A stretch of 54,060 bases of DNA, from the IMG/VR virus record IMGVR_UViG_3300037280_000066, positions 1 to 54,060 of that record; one strand, written 5' to 3'. The stretch comes from a virus. Lineage: Duplodnaviria > Heunggongvirae > Uroviricota > Caudoviricetes. A program made the translations under genes and the position numbers. Under the pieces are notes generated by a model. The model ran no database searches. It was not told where the DNA came from and saw nothing but the letters and a program-made list of their open reading frames with translations. Shown piece after piece: positions 1 through 6,318 of this stretch; within the stretch, counting starts at the first letter, position 1; each line of letters opens with the position of its first letter.

Positions 1-18
1 ATTGAAATTCAGTAAACA

Positions 19-154
19 AGGGATAGTGCAGAATAGAAGTTCTTCACTTTTAATGACGAGGTTGTGGGTTCGAGTCCCATCATGACAGGCTTTACGCTTG
101 TTGTGTAACTCAATTGGCAGAGTACGATAAAACGTCTGTTCGCTTTCCTTCCCC
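19..154 (+). ncRNA. Y-RNA-like unit 1 (YrlA-type permuted tRNA domain with Lys-like CUUUUAA loop)
   Basis: GGGA/TCCC outer stem and GAATAGA/TCTGTTC inner stem. Cargo: TCA-CTTTTAA-TGA, T arm GTGGG-TTCGAGT-CCCAT, closed acceptor CATGACAGGC/GCTTGTTGTG, D arm ACTC-AATTGGCA-GAGT. Confidence 0.85.
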
Positions 155-163
155 TATAAATAT

Positions 164-294
164 TTACTTGGCAGTACAGTTTAGAGTTACTTCTTGCTGA
201 AAAAGATACTAGCTCAATTGGTTAGAGCATCAACAGTGATATGTTGAAGATGGGGTTCGAGTCCTTTTTACTCTCAACGTTTTTCTCCAAGTAA
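164..294 (+). ncRNA. Y-RNA-like unit 2 (D-anticodon-T arms in canonical order, no acceptor stem)
   Basis: TTACTTGG/CCAAGTAA outer stem. D arm GCTC-AATTGGTTA-GAGC, hairpin TCAACA-GTGATA-TGTTGA, T arm GGGG-TTCGAGT-CCTT. Confidence 0.8.
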
Positions 295-301
295 GCAATT
301 T

Positions 302-372
302 TCCGTAATAGTTTAGTGGAAAAACCTGTGCATATGCATACACAGTCTCTAGTTCAAATCTAGATTACGGAG
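302..372 (+). tRNA. tRNA-like gene A with abnormal 10-nt anticodon loop
   Basis: Acceptor TCCGTAA/TTACGGA, D arm GTTT/AAAC, CTGTG-CATATGCATA-CACAG, T arm TCTAG-TTCAAAT-CTAGA; no encoded CCA. Confidence 0.7.
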
Positions 373-374
373 TC

Positions 375-511
375 ATTGGAAAGTGTAGTTAAGGCATACT
401 TCAAAGGGGACTGTGGGTTGTCAGTTCGAATCTGACCCTTCCGATTATCGGCAGGTAGCTCAATGGTAGAGCAATAGTATAAAAAAGAAGCCTTTACGTT
501 TTTCTTCCAAT
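375..511 (+). ncRNA. Y-RNA-like unit 3 (YrlA-type permuted tRNA domain)
   Basis: ATTGGAA/TTCCAAT outer stem. T arm GTCAG-TTCGAAT-CTGAC, closed acceptor CCTTCCGA-TTA-TCGGCAGG, D arm GCTC-AATGGTA-GAGC, residual anticodon stem ACTGT/ATAGT. Confidence 0.85.
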
Positions 512-532
512 ATTAAGTTTAAAGATTAAAAA

Positions 533-670
533 GCATTAGATAGTGTAGATATCAGTTACTTCCATTCAAAGGAAGAGACAGGGGTTCGAATCCCCTCGTC
601 AGGTCTTATCCTGATGTGGACAAGTGGTTAAGTCGCTTAAAATATACTGAAATCGTTTTTCTTCTAATGT
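533..670 (+). ncRNA. Y-RNA-like unit 4 (YrlA-type permuted tRNA domain)
   Basis: GCATTAGA/TCTAATGT outer stem, GATATCAGT/ACTGAAATC inner stem. T arm AGGGG-TTCGAAT-CCCCT, closed acceptor CGTCAGG/CCTGATG, D arm GAC-AAGTGGTTAA-GTC. Confidence 0.85.
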
Positions 671-677
671 TAGATAT

Positions 678-775
678 CCAGAGGTAATTCAATGGCAGAT
701 GCTTGGCACTATGTCAACTTATGTTGATAGCAACAACGCTAGGTGTATGGAGGGTTCGATTCCTTTCCCTTTGGT
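678..775 (+). tRNA. tRNA-like gene B with greatly extended anticodon arm
   Basis: Acceptor CCAGAGG/CCTTTGG, D-like arm, CTTGGC/GCTAGG enclosing a ~30-nt insert with inner hairpin GTCAAC/GTTGAT, T arm GAGGG-TTCGATT-CCTTT. Confidence 0.65.
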
Positions 776-776
776 T

Positions 777-843
777 TTAGAGATAATTCAGTCTGGTAGA
801 ATGCTTGACGGAGTGGTCGTGGGTTCGAATCCCACTCTCTAAT
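777..843 (+). tRNA. tRNA-like gene C with truncated anticodon arm
   Basis: Acceptor TTAGAGA/TCTCTAA, D arm ATTC-AGTCTGGTA-GAAT, mini-arm CTT-GACG-GAG, T arm GTGGG-TTCGAAT-CCCAC. Confidence 0.7.
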
Positions 844-850
844 TGTAAGT

Positions 851-920
851 TCCAGAATAGCCTAATGGTAGGACACCCTCATTACGGAGGGAAACGTAGG
901 TTCGATTCCTGCTTCTGGTG
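851..920 (+). tRNA. tRNA-like gene D with 6-nt anticodon loop
   Basis: Acceptor CCAGAA/TTCTGG (1:72 mismatch), D arm CCT/AGG, CCCTC-ATTACG-GAGGG, T arm GTAGG-TTCGATT-CCTGC. Confidence 0.7.
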
Positions 921-926
921 TGTAAA

Positions 927-1063
927 GAACATTTAGTAGTGTAGATATCAGTTACTTCCATTATCAGGACGAGAAGGTGGTTTAATTCCATCATCTGGCA
1001 TATACCAGATTAGTTTATTGATAAAACACGTAAAATACTGAAATTGATTTTCTCTAAATGTTC
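927..1063 (+). ncRNA. Y-RNA-like unit 5 (permuted tRNA domain, degenerate T and D loops)
   Basis: GAACATTTAG/CTAAATGTTC outer stem; 5' arm identical to unit 4. T arm GGTGG-TTTAATT-CCATC, acceptor ATCTGG/CCAGAT, D arm GTTT/AAAC. Confidence 0.8.
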
Positions 1064-1075
1064 AAAAAGTTTTCA

Positions 1076-1205
1076 ATTGTATAGGACAGTGCAGACTGTG
1101 GTTACTTCGGTTAAATAAAATTCTTATAAAATTTTTAAAGGTGGTTCAAATCCATCGAATCCCTTAAATGGGAACAAACCATAGCCGTTTTACTTCCTGT
1201 ACAAT
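1076..1205 (+). ncRNA. Y-RNA-like unit 6 (anticodon-like arm + T arm + small hairpin)
   Basis: ATTGTATAGGA/TCCTGTACAAT outer stem, GACTGTGGT/ACCATAGCC inner stem. AAAATT-CTTATAA-AATTTT, GGTGG-TTCAAAT-CCATC, TCCC/GGGA. Confidence 0.8.
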
Positions 1206-1220
1206 GATATAAGTTTAAAT

Positions 1221-1287
1221 TTTGGGTAGTGTTAGGTAAAGGGTTACTTCATTGGCGAAAAAACACCCTTCCTGCTTTTCTCCCAAA
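1221..1287 (+). ncRNA. Y-RNA-like unit 7 (minimal, scaffold only)
   Basis: TTTGGG/CCCAAA outer stem; TAGTGTTA..GTTACTTC and GCTTTTCT motifs; ~14-nt cargo. Confidence 0.75.
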
Positions 1288-1303
1288 TAAAGTTTCAAAT
1301 CTT

Positions 1304-1372
1304 GTTTGGTAGTGTATTTGAGAGTTACTTCAACTTTAAATGATAAAATACTCTCAAAGTTTTTCTCCAAAC
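1304..1372 (+). ncRNA. Y-RNA-like unit 8 (minimal, scaffold only)
   Basis: GTTTGG/CCAAAC outer stem; perfect inner stem TTTGAGAGT/ACTCTCAAA; short AT-rich cargo. Confidence 0.78.
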
Positions 1373-1391
1373 TAAAAATTACATAAAACAC

Positions 1392-1538
1392 TTGGGAAGT
1401 GTAGAAGTCGGTTACTTCAAATAAATAATTATAAGAATATGGGTAGCCAATGAGCTACGATTGAATCAAAAGTTACATAAAACAAATTGTAATAAAAGCA
1501 GGGCATAAGCCCAATAGCCGAATTCGATTTTCTCCCAA
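1392..1538 (+). ncRNA. Y-RNA-like unit 9 (non-tRNA, multi-hairpin cargo)
   Basis: TTGGG/CCCAA outer stem, GAAGTCGGT/GCCGAATTC inner stem. Hairpins GTAGC/GCTAC, TTACA/TGTAA, GGGC-ATAA-GCCC. Confidence 0.75.
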
Positions 1539-1554
1539 TAAAATTTATAAACCT

Positions 1555-1640
1555 TTAGGTAGTGTAAGAGTGGGTTACTTCAAAAATTTATTTATAATAT
1601 GAATCTGTGAAAACTTATACCCATTCTGCTTTTCTCCTAA
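1555..1640 (+). ncRNA. Y-RNA-like unit 10 (short AT-rich cargo)
   Basis: TTAGG/CCTAA outer stem; inner stem AGAGTGGGT/ACCCATTCT; both conserved motifs present. Confidence 0.75.
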
Positions 1641-1641
1641 T

Positions 1642-1740
1642 AAAAATTATAATATCATTTTAATAATTGAACAAAAATTGGAAATCTGCAAGTATTTTCA
1701 AGGCTTCTCTAGAGATTATTAAAATGATATTGTAATTTTT
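1642..1740. repeat. 26-bp inverted repeat enclosing 47 nt
   Basis: AAAAATTATAATATCATTTTAATAAT (1642-1667) vs ATTATTAAAATGATATTGTAATTTTT (1715-1740); the one difference is a U-G pair on the + strand. Confidence 0.85.
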
Positions 1741-1750
1741 TAAGTTTAAT

Positions 1751-1896
1751 AAGTCATTTAGTAGTGTAGATTAGAGTTATATCTTTCCCCGTTATATGTG
1801 GGGAAATAGCTTAATTGGTAGAGCGTTGAGTGTGAAAACTCAAAGGTGAGGTTCGAGTCCTTATTTAGTCTCTTATTGATTTTCTCTAAATGATTT
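1751..1896 (+). ncRNA. Y-RNA-like unit 11 (tRNA domain opened at the T-arm/acceptor junction)
   Basis: AAGTCATTTAG/CTAAATGATTT outer stem. Closed acceptor TTTCCCC/GGGGAAA, D arm GCTT-AATTGGTA-GAGC, TTGAGT-GTGAAA-ACTCAA, T arm GTGAGG-TTCGAGT-CCTTAT. Confidence 0.8.
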
Positions 1897-1916
1897 AAAA
1901 ATATGCAAAAAAAGTA

Positions 1917-1946
1917 TTGACAATACATATCCGTATAGGTTATACT
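1917..1946 (+). promoter_or_regulatory. SigA-type promoter of the Ro60 gene
   Basis: TTGACA-N18-TATACT with an upstream A-tract. Confidence 0.7.
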
Positions 1947-2016
1947 AAGAAGGTAAGATATTGAGGAAGTTTTCCTCCCAATAAAAAATTTAATAGTCGA
2001 AAGCGAGGTAATAATA

Positions 2017-3498
2017 ATGTCAAAGTTTAATCAAACAGCAAGAGAAGAAAAGTTACAAACCACTAATAAGTCAGGTGTTCCTGCTTATGCAATGGCTGAG
2101 AAAGACAAGTTAGTAACACAAGTACTTACATCTTTATTCAATGAAAAGAAATACTATGGTGATAACTCAAAAGAGATTATCCAAACAGTAAAATCAATTC
2201 TTGAACATGATGCAAAGTTCATTGCTAACCTAGCCCTATTTGCAAGAAATGAAATGCATTTGAGAACTATTTCACATGTATTAACATCAGAACTTGCAAA
2301 TCATCCAAATGGTAAGCAGTATGCTAGAGCAACAATCAACAAGGTTGTTGAAAGAGTTGATGATATGTCAGAAATCTTGGCTTATTCATTAGACAAATAC
2401 TCAAAGCCTATCGCAAATTCCATGAAGAAAGGTTTAGTAGATGCTTTCTTAAGATTTGATGAATACTCTCTTGCAAAGTACAACAAAGACAGTAAGGAAA
2501 TCAAACTTAAAGATATCCTTTGCTTAACTCACCCAAGACCTACTACTACAGCACAAAGCGATATGTTCAAGAGATTGATGGAAGGTAACCTTGAAGTACC
2601 AAAGACTTGGGAAACTGAGTTGTCTGCTAAGGGTAATACTAAGGCAGTATGGGAAAACTTGATTACTGAAAAGAAACTTGGCTACATGGCTATGATGCGT
2701 AACCTTCGTAACATAATCAAATCAGGAGCTTCGAATATGAATGAAGTTTATTCTTTCTTAGCAAATGAGGAAAGAGTATTAAAGAATAAGCAGTTACCTT
2801 TCAGATATTACTCAGCATACAAAGTGTTGACAAATGAAGGTCTTGCTACTTCAAAGATACTTGATACATTAGAAACTGCTTTAAAGTTAAGTTGTAAAAA
2901 CGTTCAGCCTTTAAGTGGTAAAACACTTATTGCAGTTGATACTTCTGGCTCAATGTCAAGTCCTGTTAGTGCTAAAAGTGATATGACTTGCGTAGAAATT
3001 GGTATACTTATGATGGCAATGGCAAATTACATCTGTGATGATTCAATCTCTGTTGCTTTTGACACTTCATTAAGAGATATCACATTACCTACAAGCAATG
3101 GTATCATATCTAATGCGAAGAGCGTTAGAAACACTGGTGGTGGTACAGATATTACTCTTCCAATACAACACTTGATTAATAAAAACATCAAAGTTGATAG
3201 AATCATTATGTTATCTGATAATGAAATCAACTGTGGTTGGGACTCAGGTAGAAGTGGTGGATGGGGTAGACAATCACAAACAAGCTGTCAGAACTTGGTT
3301 GACCAGTACAGAAAAACAATCAATCCTGATGTATGGGTTCATGCTATTGACTTACAGGGCTACGGCACTCAACAGTTCAAAGGTAAGAATACTAACATCA
3401 TCGCAGGTTGGTCTGAGAAGACTCTGGAATTCATCTCAATGGCTGAAAAAGGCTTTGGCAACATCGTTTCAACTGTAGAAAGTTACTACTTTAAGTAG
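2017..3498 (+). CDS. rsr: Ro60/TROVE-domain RNA-binding protein with C-terminal vWA domain
   Basis: TROVE motifs (FDEYSLAKYN, L.HP.P, TWETELS, LGYMAMMRNLRN, QLPFRYYSAY) followed by vWA MIDAS DTSGSM; 493 aa. Confidence 0.95.
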   Translation: MSKFNQTAREEKLQTTNKSGVPAYAMAEKDKLVTQVLTSLFNEKKYYGDNSKEIIQTVKSILEHDAKFIANLALFARNEMHLRTISHVLTSELANHPNGKQYARATINKVVERVDDMSEILAYSLDKYSKPIANSMKKGLVDAFLRFDEYSLAKYNKDSKEIKLKDILCLTHPRPTTTAQSDMFKRLMEGNLEVPKTWETELSAKGNTKAVWENLITEKKLGYMAMMRNLRNIIKSGASNMNEVYSFLANEERVLKNKQLPFRYYSAYKVLTNEGLATSKILDTLETALKLSCKNVQPLSGKTLIAVDTSGSMSSPVSAKSDMTCVEIGILMMAMANYICDDSISVAFDTSLRDITLPTSNGIISNAKSVRNTGGGTDITLPIQHLINKNIKVDRIIMLSDNEINCGWDSGRSGGWGRQSQTSCQNLVDQYRKTINPDVWVHAIDLQGYGTQQFKGKNTNIIAGWSEKTLEFISMAEKGFGNIVSTVESYYFK

Positions 3499-3520
3499 TA
3501 GTAACTCTACATACAATATA

Positions 3521-3549
3521 AAGAGAACTCGAAAGGGTTCTCTTTTTTA
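3521..3549 (+). terminator. Rho-independent terminator after rsr
   Basis: AAGAGAACTC-GAAA-GGGTTCTCTT followed by a T-run. Confidence 0.85.
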
Positions 3550-3567
3550 TTTTTTCTTAAGAATATA

Positions 3568-3596
3568 TTGACAGTATTAAGGTTATCATATATAAT
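3568..3596 (+). promoter_or_regulatory. SigA-type promoter
   Basis: TTGACA-N17-TATAAT. Confidence 0.85.
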
Positions 3597-3614
3597 AATA
3601 AGTGAGGTGAGATT

Positions 3615-3938
3615 ATGGCATATGAAGATTTAACAAATGAGATTGAACAAGTAGAAAAGGAATTGTTGAGTTTGAAAACTCATGTTATGGCAAAAGAAGC
3701 AAGACTAAAAAGGTTAAAATCAAATTGCCCTCATGATTGGACAAAACCAATATTTGACCAAGAATCATATCAGAAAGAATATCTTACAGGTGAATATGAG
3801 ACTCAAGGTATTCACATGTATCCTAAATCAGAGTTTAGGACTGAATACAGGGACAGATGGAGTAGAACTTGTAAGATATGCACAGTAAAAGAATATACCT
3901 ATGAGAGAGTAGCTACACAATATGAACCTAAATTTTAA
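3615..3938 (+). CDS. Hypothetical protein (coiled coil plus Cys/His motif)
   Basis: GAGGTG RBS; CPHDW...CKIC. Confidence 0.7.
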   Translation: MAYEDLTNEIEQVEKELLSLKTHVMAKEARLKRLKSNCPHDWTKPIFDQESYQKEYLTGEYETQGIHMYPKSEFRTEYRDRWSRTCKICTVKEYTYERVATQYEPKF

Positions 3939-3947
3939 GGAGGTCTT

Positions 3948-4217
3948 ATGCTAAACAAACTCAAGAAATTGGTTAAGGAAACAATTCTTATTCACCAGTT
4001 GATAAGATTCAAGGATAAGGCTTGGTGTACTTACACAGAGGAACAGGCACAGACTATCTGGAAGAAGATAGGTAGTCAAATACCTAATCCTTACTACACT
4101 AGGATATCAACAGAGTGGGGACATGTAAAATGTAACCATGGAAAGTCTCAGGCAAGAATGGCATTGTTACATGAAATAGAATCATATATTAAATTTATAG
4201 GAGGTTATCATGAGTAA
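3948..4217 (+). CDS. Hypothetical protein
   Basis: AAGGAGG RBS; operon packing. Confidence 0.65.
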   Translation: MLNKLKKLVKETILIHQLIRFKDKAWCTYTEEQAQTIWKKIGSQIPNPYYTRISTEWGHVKCNHGKSQARMALLHEIESYIKFIGGYHE

Positions 4218-4605
4218 AGATTTAGTAAGCTATAACAGTAATGGATTATCAGAGCAAAAGCCAGAGATAGTGTATGAAACTACCAGAGTTATAAAAAATA
4301 CTGACAATGATATTGAAGTACATAACTTTGTATTTTTTACTATCAGAACTGCTGTGGTAGCTGATAATACAGCAGATGCAGTTTGCAGGGTTGCTAATGC
4401 ATTCAATCTTAGACATGGTGGTGCTTTTTGTCTTGATGTTAATTGTAATAATGGTAGAAGGTGTAAATGGCATATAGTTGTTACTGGAACTAAATATGCT
4501 ATTCAAAAGTTTGTAGCAGAAGCATCAAAGCTTTCTAGTGATTTGGTTTACAATTATCTTGAAGTTGGGGGCAAATGGATACCAGTGTTATCAGGAGATT
4601 GTTAA
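4210..4605 (+). CDS. Hypothetical protein
   Basis: AGGAGG RBS; overlaps previous stop. Confidence 0.65.
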   Translation: MSKDLVSYNSNGLSEQKPEIVYETTRVIKNTDNDIEVHNFVFFTIRTAVVADNTADAVCRVANAFNLRHGGAFCLDVNCNNGRRCKWHIVVTGTKYAIQKFVAEASKLSSDLVYNYLEVGGKWIPVLSGDC

Positions 4606-4813
4606 AAAGTTTTTCAAAAAGTATTGACAATATCATTCTTATTTGGTAAGATATAAGAGTAGTCAATACGAATTGAAAGGAGTGTATAATGAGAAGAGTT
4701 GATTGGTTTAAAGTTACAATATGGACTGTTGGATTGGCTTTATCAATTGGTATGTGGTCAGGTGCTATATATTTTGTTTATCATTTATTCACTAAATCTA
4801 GGTAGAAGAAGGG

Positions 4814-5389
4814 TTGTGTATTATGCAAACAACAGGATTAGGATTATTGTTTTTAATTGGTTTAATCATAGCAGGGGTTATTTCAGGATTTTGTTTATAT
4901 TGTACAATAGGGAAAGTAATAATTAAGGATTTCACTACAAATAAAGGAGAATATTCATCTTGTAGCAAATCAGAAATTTTGTTAGGTTGGAGTGTTTCTA
5001 TTGTAATATTTGCAATTTTTGCTTGGATATGTTATAATACATTTGTTACTGGTTACCATTTAGAGTATTCATGGAAATTCAATATTTATGCTCTGGAAGA
5101 TGGTAGTACAATAAAGGGTAGCAGATATTACATTGAAGAACAAAACAGATATTTTTATATGTCAGATTACAAAGAAGGTAAGAAAAAATATTCAGTAGAA
5201 ACCAATAAATCTTATATTGTGGAAGATGCAGATGAAAAACCTGAAATAATAGTATTTGAACCTGTAGCAGATAAGAAAACATGGTTTGCATCATGGGTAT
5301 TGCAGTCAAATGATTCATTAAGAGAATACAGAATAGTTGTTCCTAAGAAAACAGTTACTACAAATTTCAATGTTGATTTAAAAAACTAG
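4814..5389 (+). CDS. Membrane protein with two N-terminal TM segments
   Basis: Two hydrophobic stretches followed by a soluble domain. Confidence 0.7.
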   Translation: MCIMQTTGLGLLFLIGLIIAGVISGFCLYCTIGKVIIKDFTTNKGEYSSCSKSEILLGWSVSIVIFAIFAWICYNTFVTGYHLEYSWKFNIYALEDGSTIKGSRYYIEEQNRYFYMSDYKEGKKKYSVETNKSYIVEDADEKPEIIVFEPVADKKTWFASWVLQSNDSLREYRIVVPKKTVTTNFNVDLKN

Positions 5390-5399
5390 GAGGTTAAGT

Positions 5400-5756
5400 A
5401 TGGGAAAAGAATTAAACACAAGTGAGTTTTATGATTTATGTAATAAGAATTTTCCTAAGTGGAATAAGGTTGGTGATGATGTTTGTTTCGTAATGTTGGA
5501 ACTTACAAAAGGAAAATTTGCTTCTTCTTATTTAGCTTCTGAGTTTGAGAATATGGCTACTGGTGATTTTTATTACAGAGATTGGACAAAAAGCACTTTA
5601 CCTTTTGTAGATGAAGGAGAAGTATATTGGTCAGGTTTTAGTTTTCAATATCTAGCTGATGGCAAGAAATTCTTAGATACATTTCCAGTAAAAGGTAAGG
5701 GTAATTGGATGGATGATTATCTGGAATTCAACAGACAATGTAATGCAAAAAGATAA
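5400..5756 (+). CDS. Hypothetical protein
   Basis: AGGAGG RBS. Confidence 0.65.
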   Translation: MGKELNTSEFYDLCNKNFPKWNKVGDDVCFVMLELTKGKFASSYLASEFENMATGDFYYRDWTKSTLPFVDEGEVYWSGFSFQYLADGKKFLDTFPVKGKGNWMDDYLEFNRQCNAKR

Positions 5757-5771
5757 ACTAGGAGGAACAAA

Positions 5772-6305
5772 ATGAAAAAAGTAACCCATATAGTAAATTT
5801 GTTAGCAGGAGCAGGATGTGGGAAGTCAACTATGGCTTCTAGGATATTTGCAGAATTGAAAGACCTGAATATAAATTGTGAATTAGTAAGTGAATTTGCA
5901 AAAGATTTAGTTTGGGAAGAAAGAACTGCAACATTCAGTAATGAGCTTTATATATTTGCAAAACAACAACACAGGATACACAGATTAATTGGTAAAGTTG
6001 ATGTTATTGTTACTGATGCACCATTGTTGTTGAAGTTGATGTATATGCCTAAAGATTTAGATTTTAGTAATCTTGTTTTAGATATTCATAACAAATACAA
6101 TAATATGAATTTTGTTTTGAATAGGGTAAAACCTTACAATCCAATTGGAAAAAATCAAGATGAAGATGAAGCTAGGGTATATGATTCAAAAATCAAGTCT
6201 TTATTAGACCTTCATGATATTAAATATAATATTGTAAATGGTAATAAAGAAGGAGCTATGGAAGTTGTAACAAAAGTTTGCAATTATTTACAAATACAAA
6301 GATAG
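5772..6305 (+). CDS. P-loop kinase/ATPase (AAA_28, NadR-kinase-like)
   Basis: Walker A GAGCGKST, EFAK, VIVTD. Confidence 0.75.
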   Translation: MKKVTHIVNLLAGAGCGKSTMASRIFAELKDLNINCELVSEFAKDLVWEERTATFSNELYIFAKQQHRIHRLIGKVDVIVTDAPLLLKLMYMPKDLDFSNLVLDIHNKYNNMNFVLNRVKPYNPIGKNQDEDEARVYDSKIKSLLDLHDIKYNIVNGNKEGAMEVVTKVCNYLQIQR

Positions 6306-6318
6306 GGAGGTTTGAGAA

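Larger units (their letters stand above)
19..1896 (+). repeat. Array of 11 Y-RNA-like scaffold units interleaved with 4 tRNA-like genes; may extend left of the window
   Basis: Recurring 5' motif NAGTGYA-N7-GTTACTTC and 3' motif GHTTTTCT, each pair enclosed by unit-specific complementary stems. No ORF in the region; directly upstream of a Ro60 gene. Confidence 0.9.

Noticed and set aside
559-575. Opal suppressor or selenocysteine tRNA based on the UCA triplet in unit 4
   Set aside because: The acceptor end is covalently closed by a loop so it cannot be charged as encoded, and ORFs ending in TGA show no sign of recoding.
19-1896. CRISPR array interpretation of the repeats
   Set aside because: The repeat is split into two arms that pair around the variable part, spacing is irregular, inserts are structured and tRNA-like, and no cas genes are present.
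19-1896. Ordinary phage tRNA cluster
   Set aside because: No element has both a normal open acceptor stem and a canonical 7-nt anticodon loop; several have permuted arm order.
19-1896. attC-like integron cassette sites or T-box leaders
   Set aside because: No integrase or cassette ORFs and no T-box consensus; G-U-tolerant pairing on the + strand fits an RNA scaffold.
4699-4926. 75-aa ORF from the track
   Set aside because: The RBS fits a different frame, ATG 4689 to TAG 4805 (38-aa hydrophobic peptide); the track ORF also overlaps the next gene.
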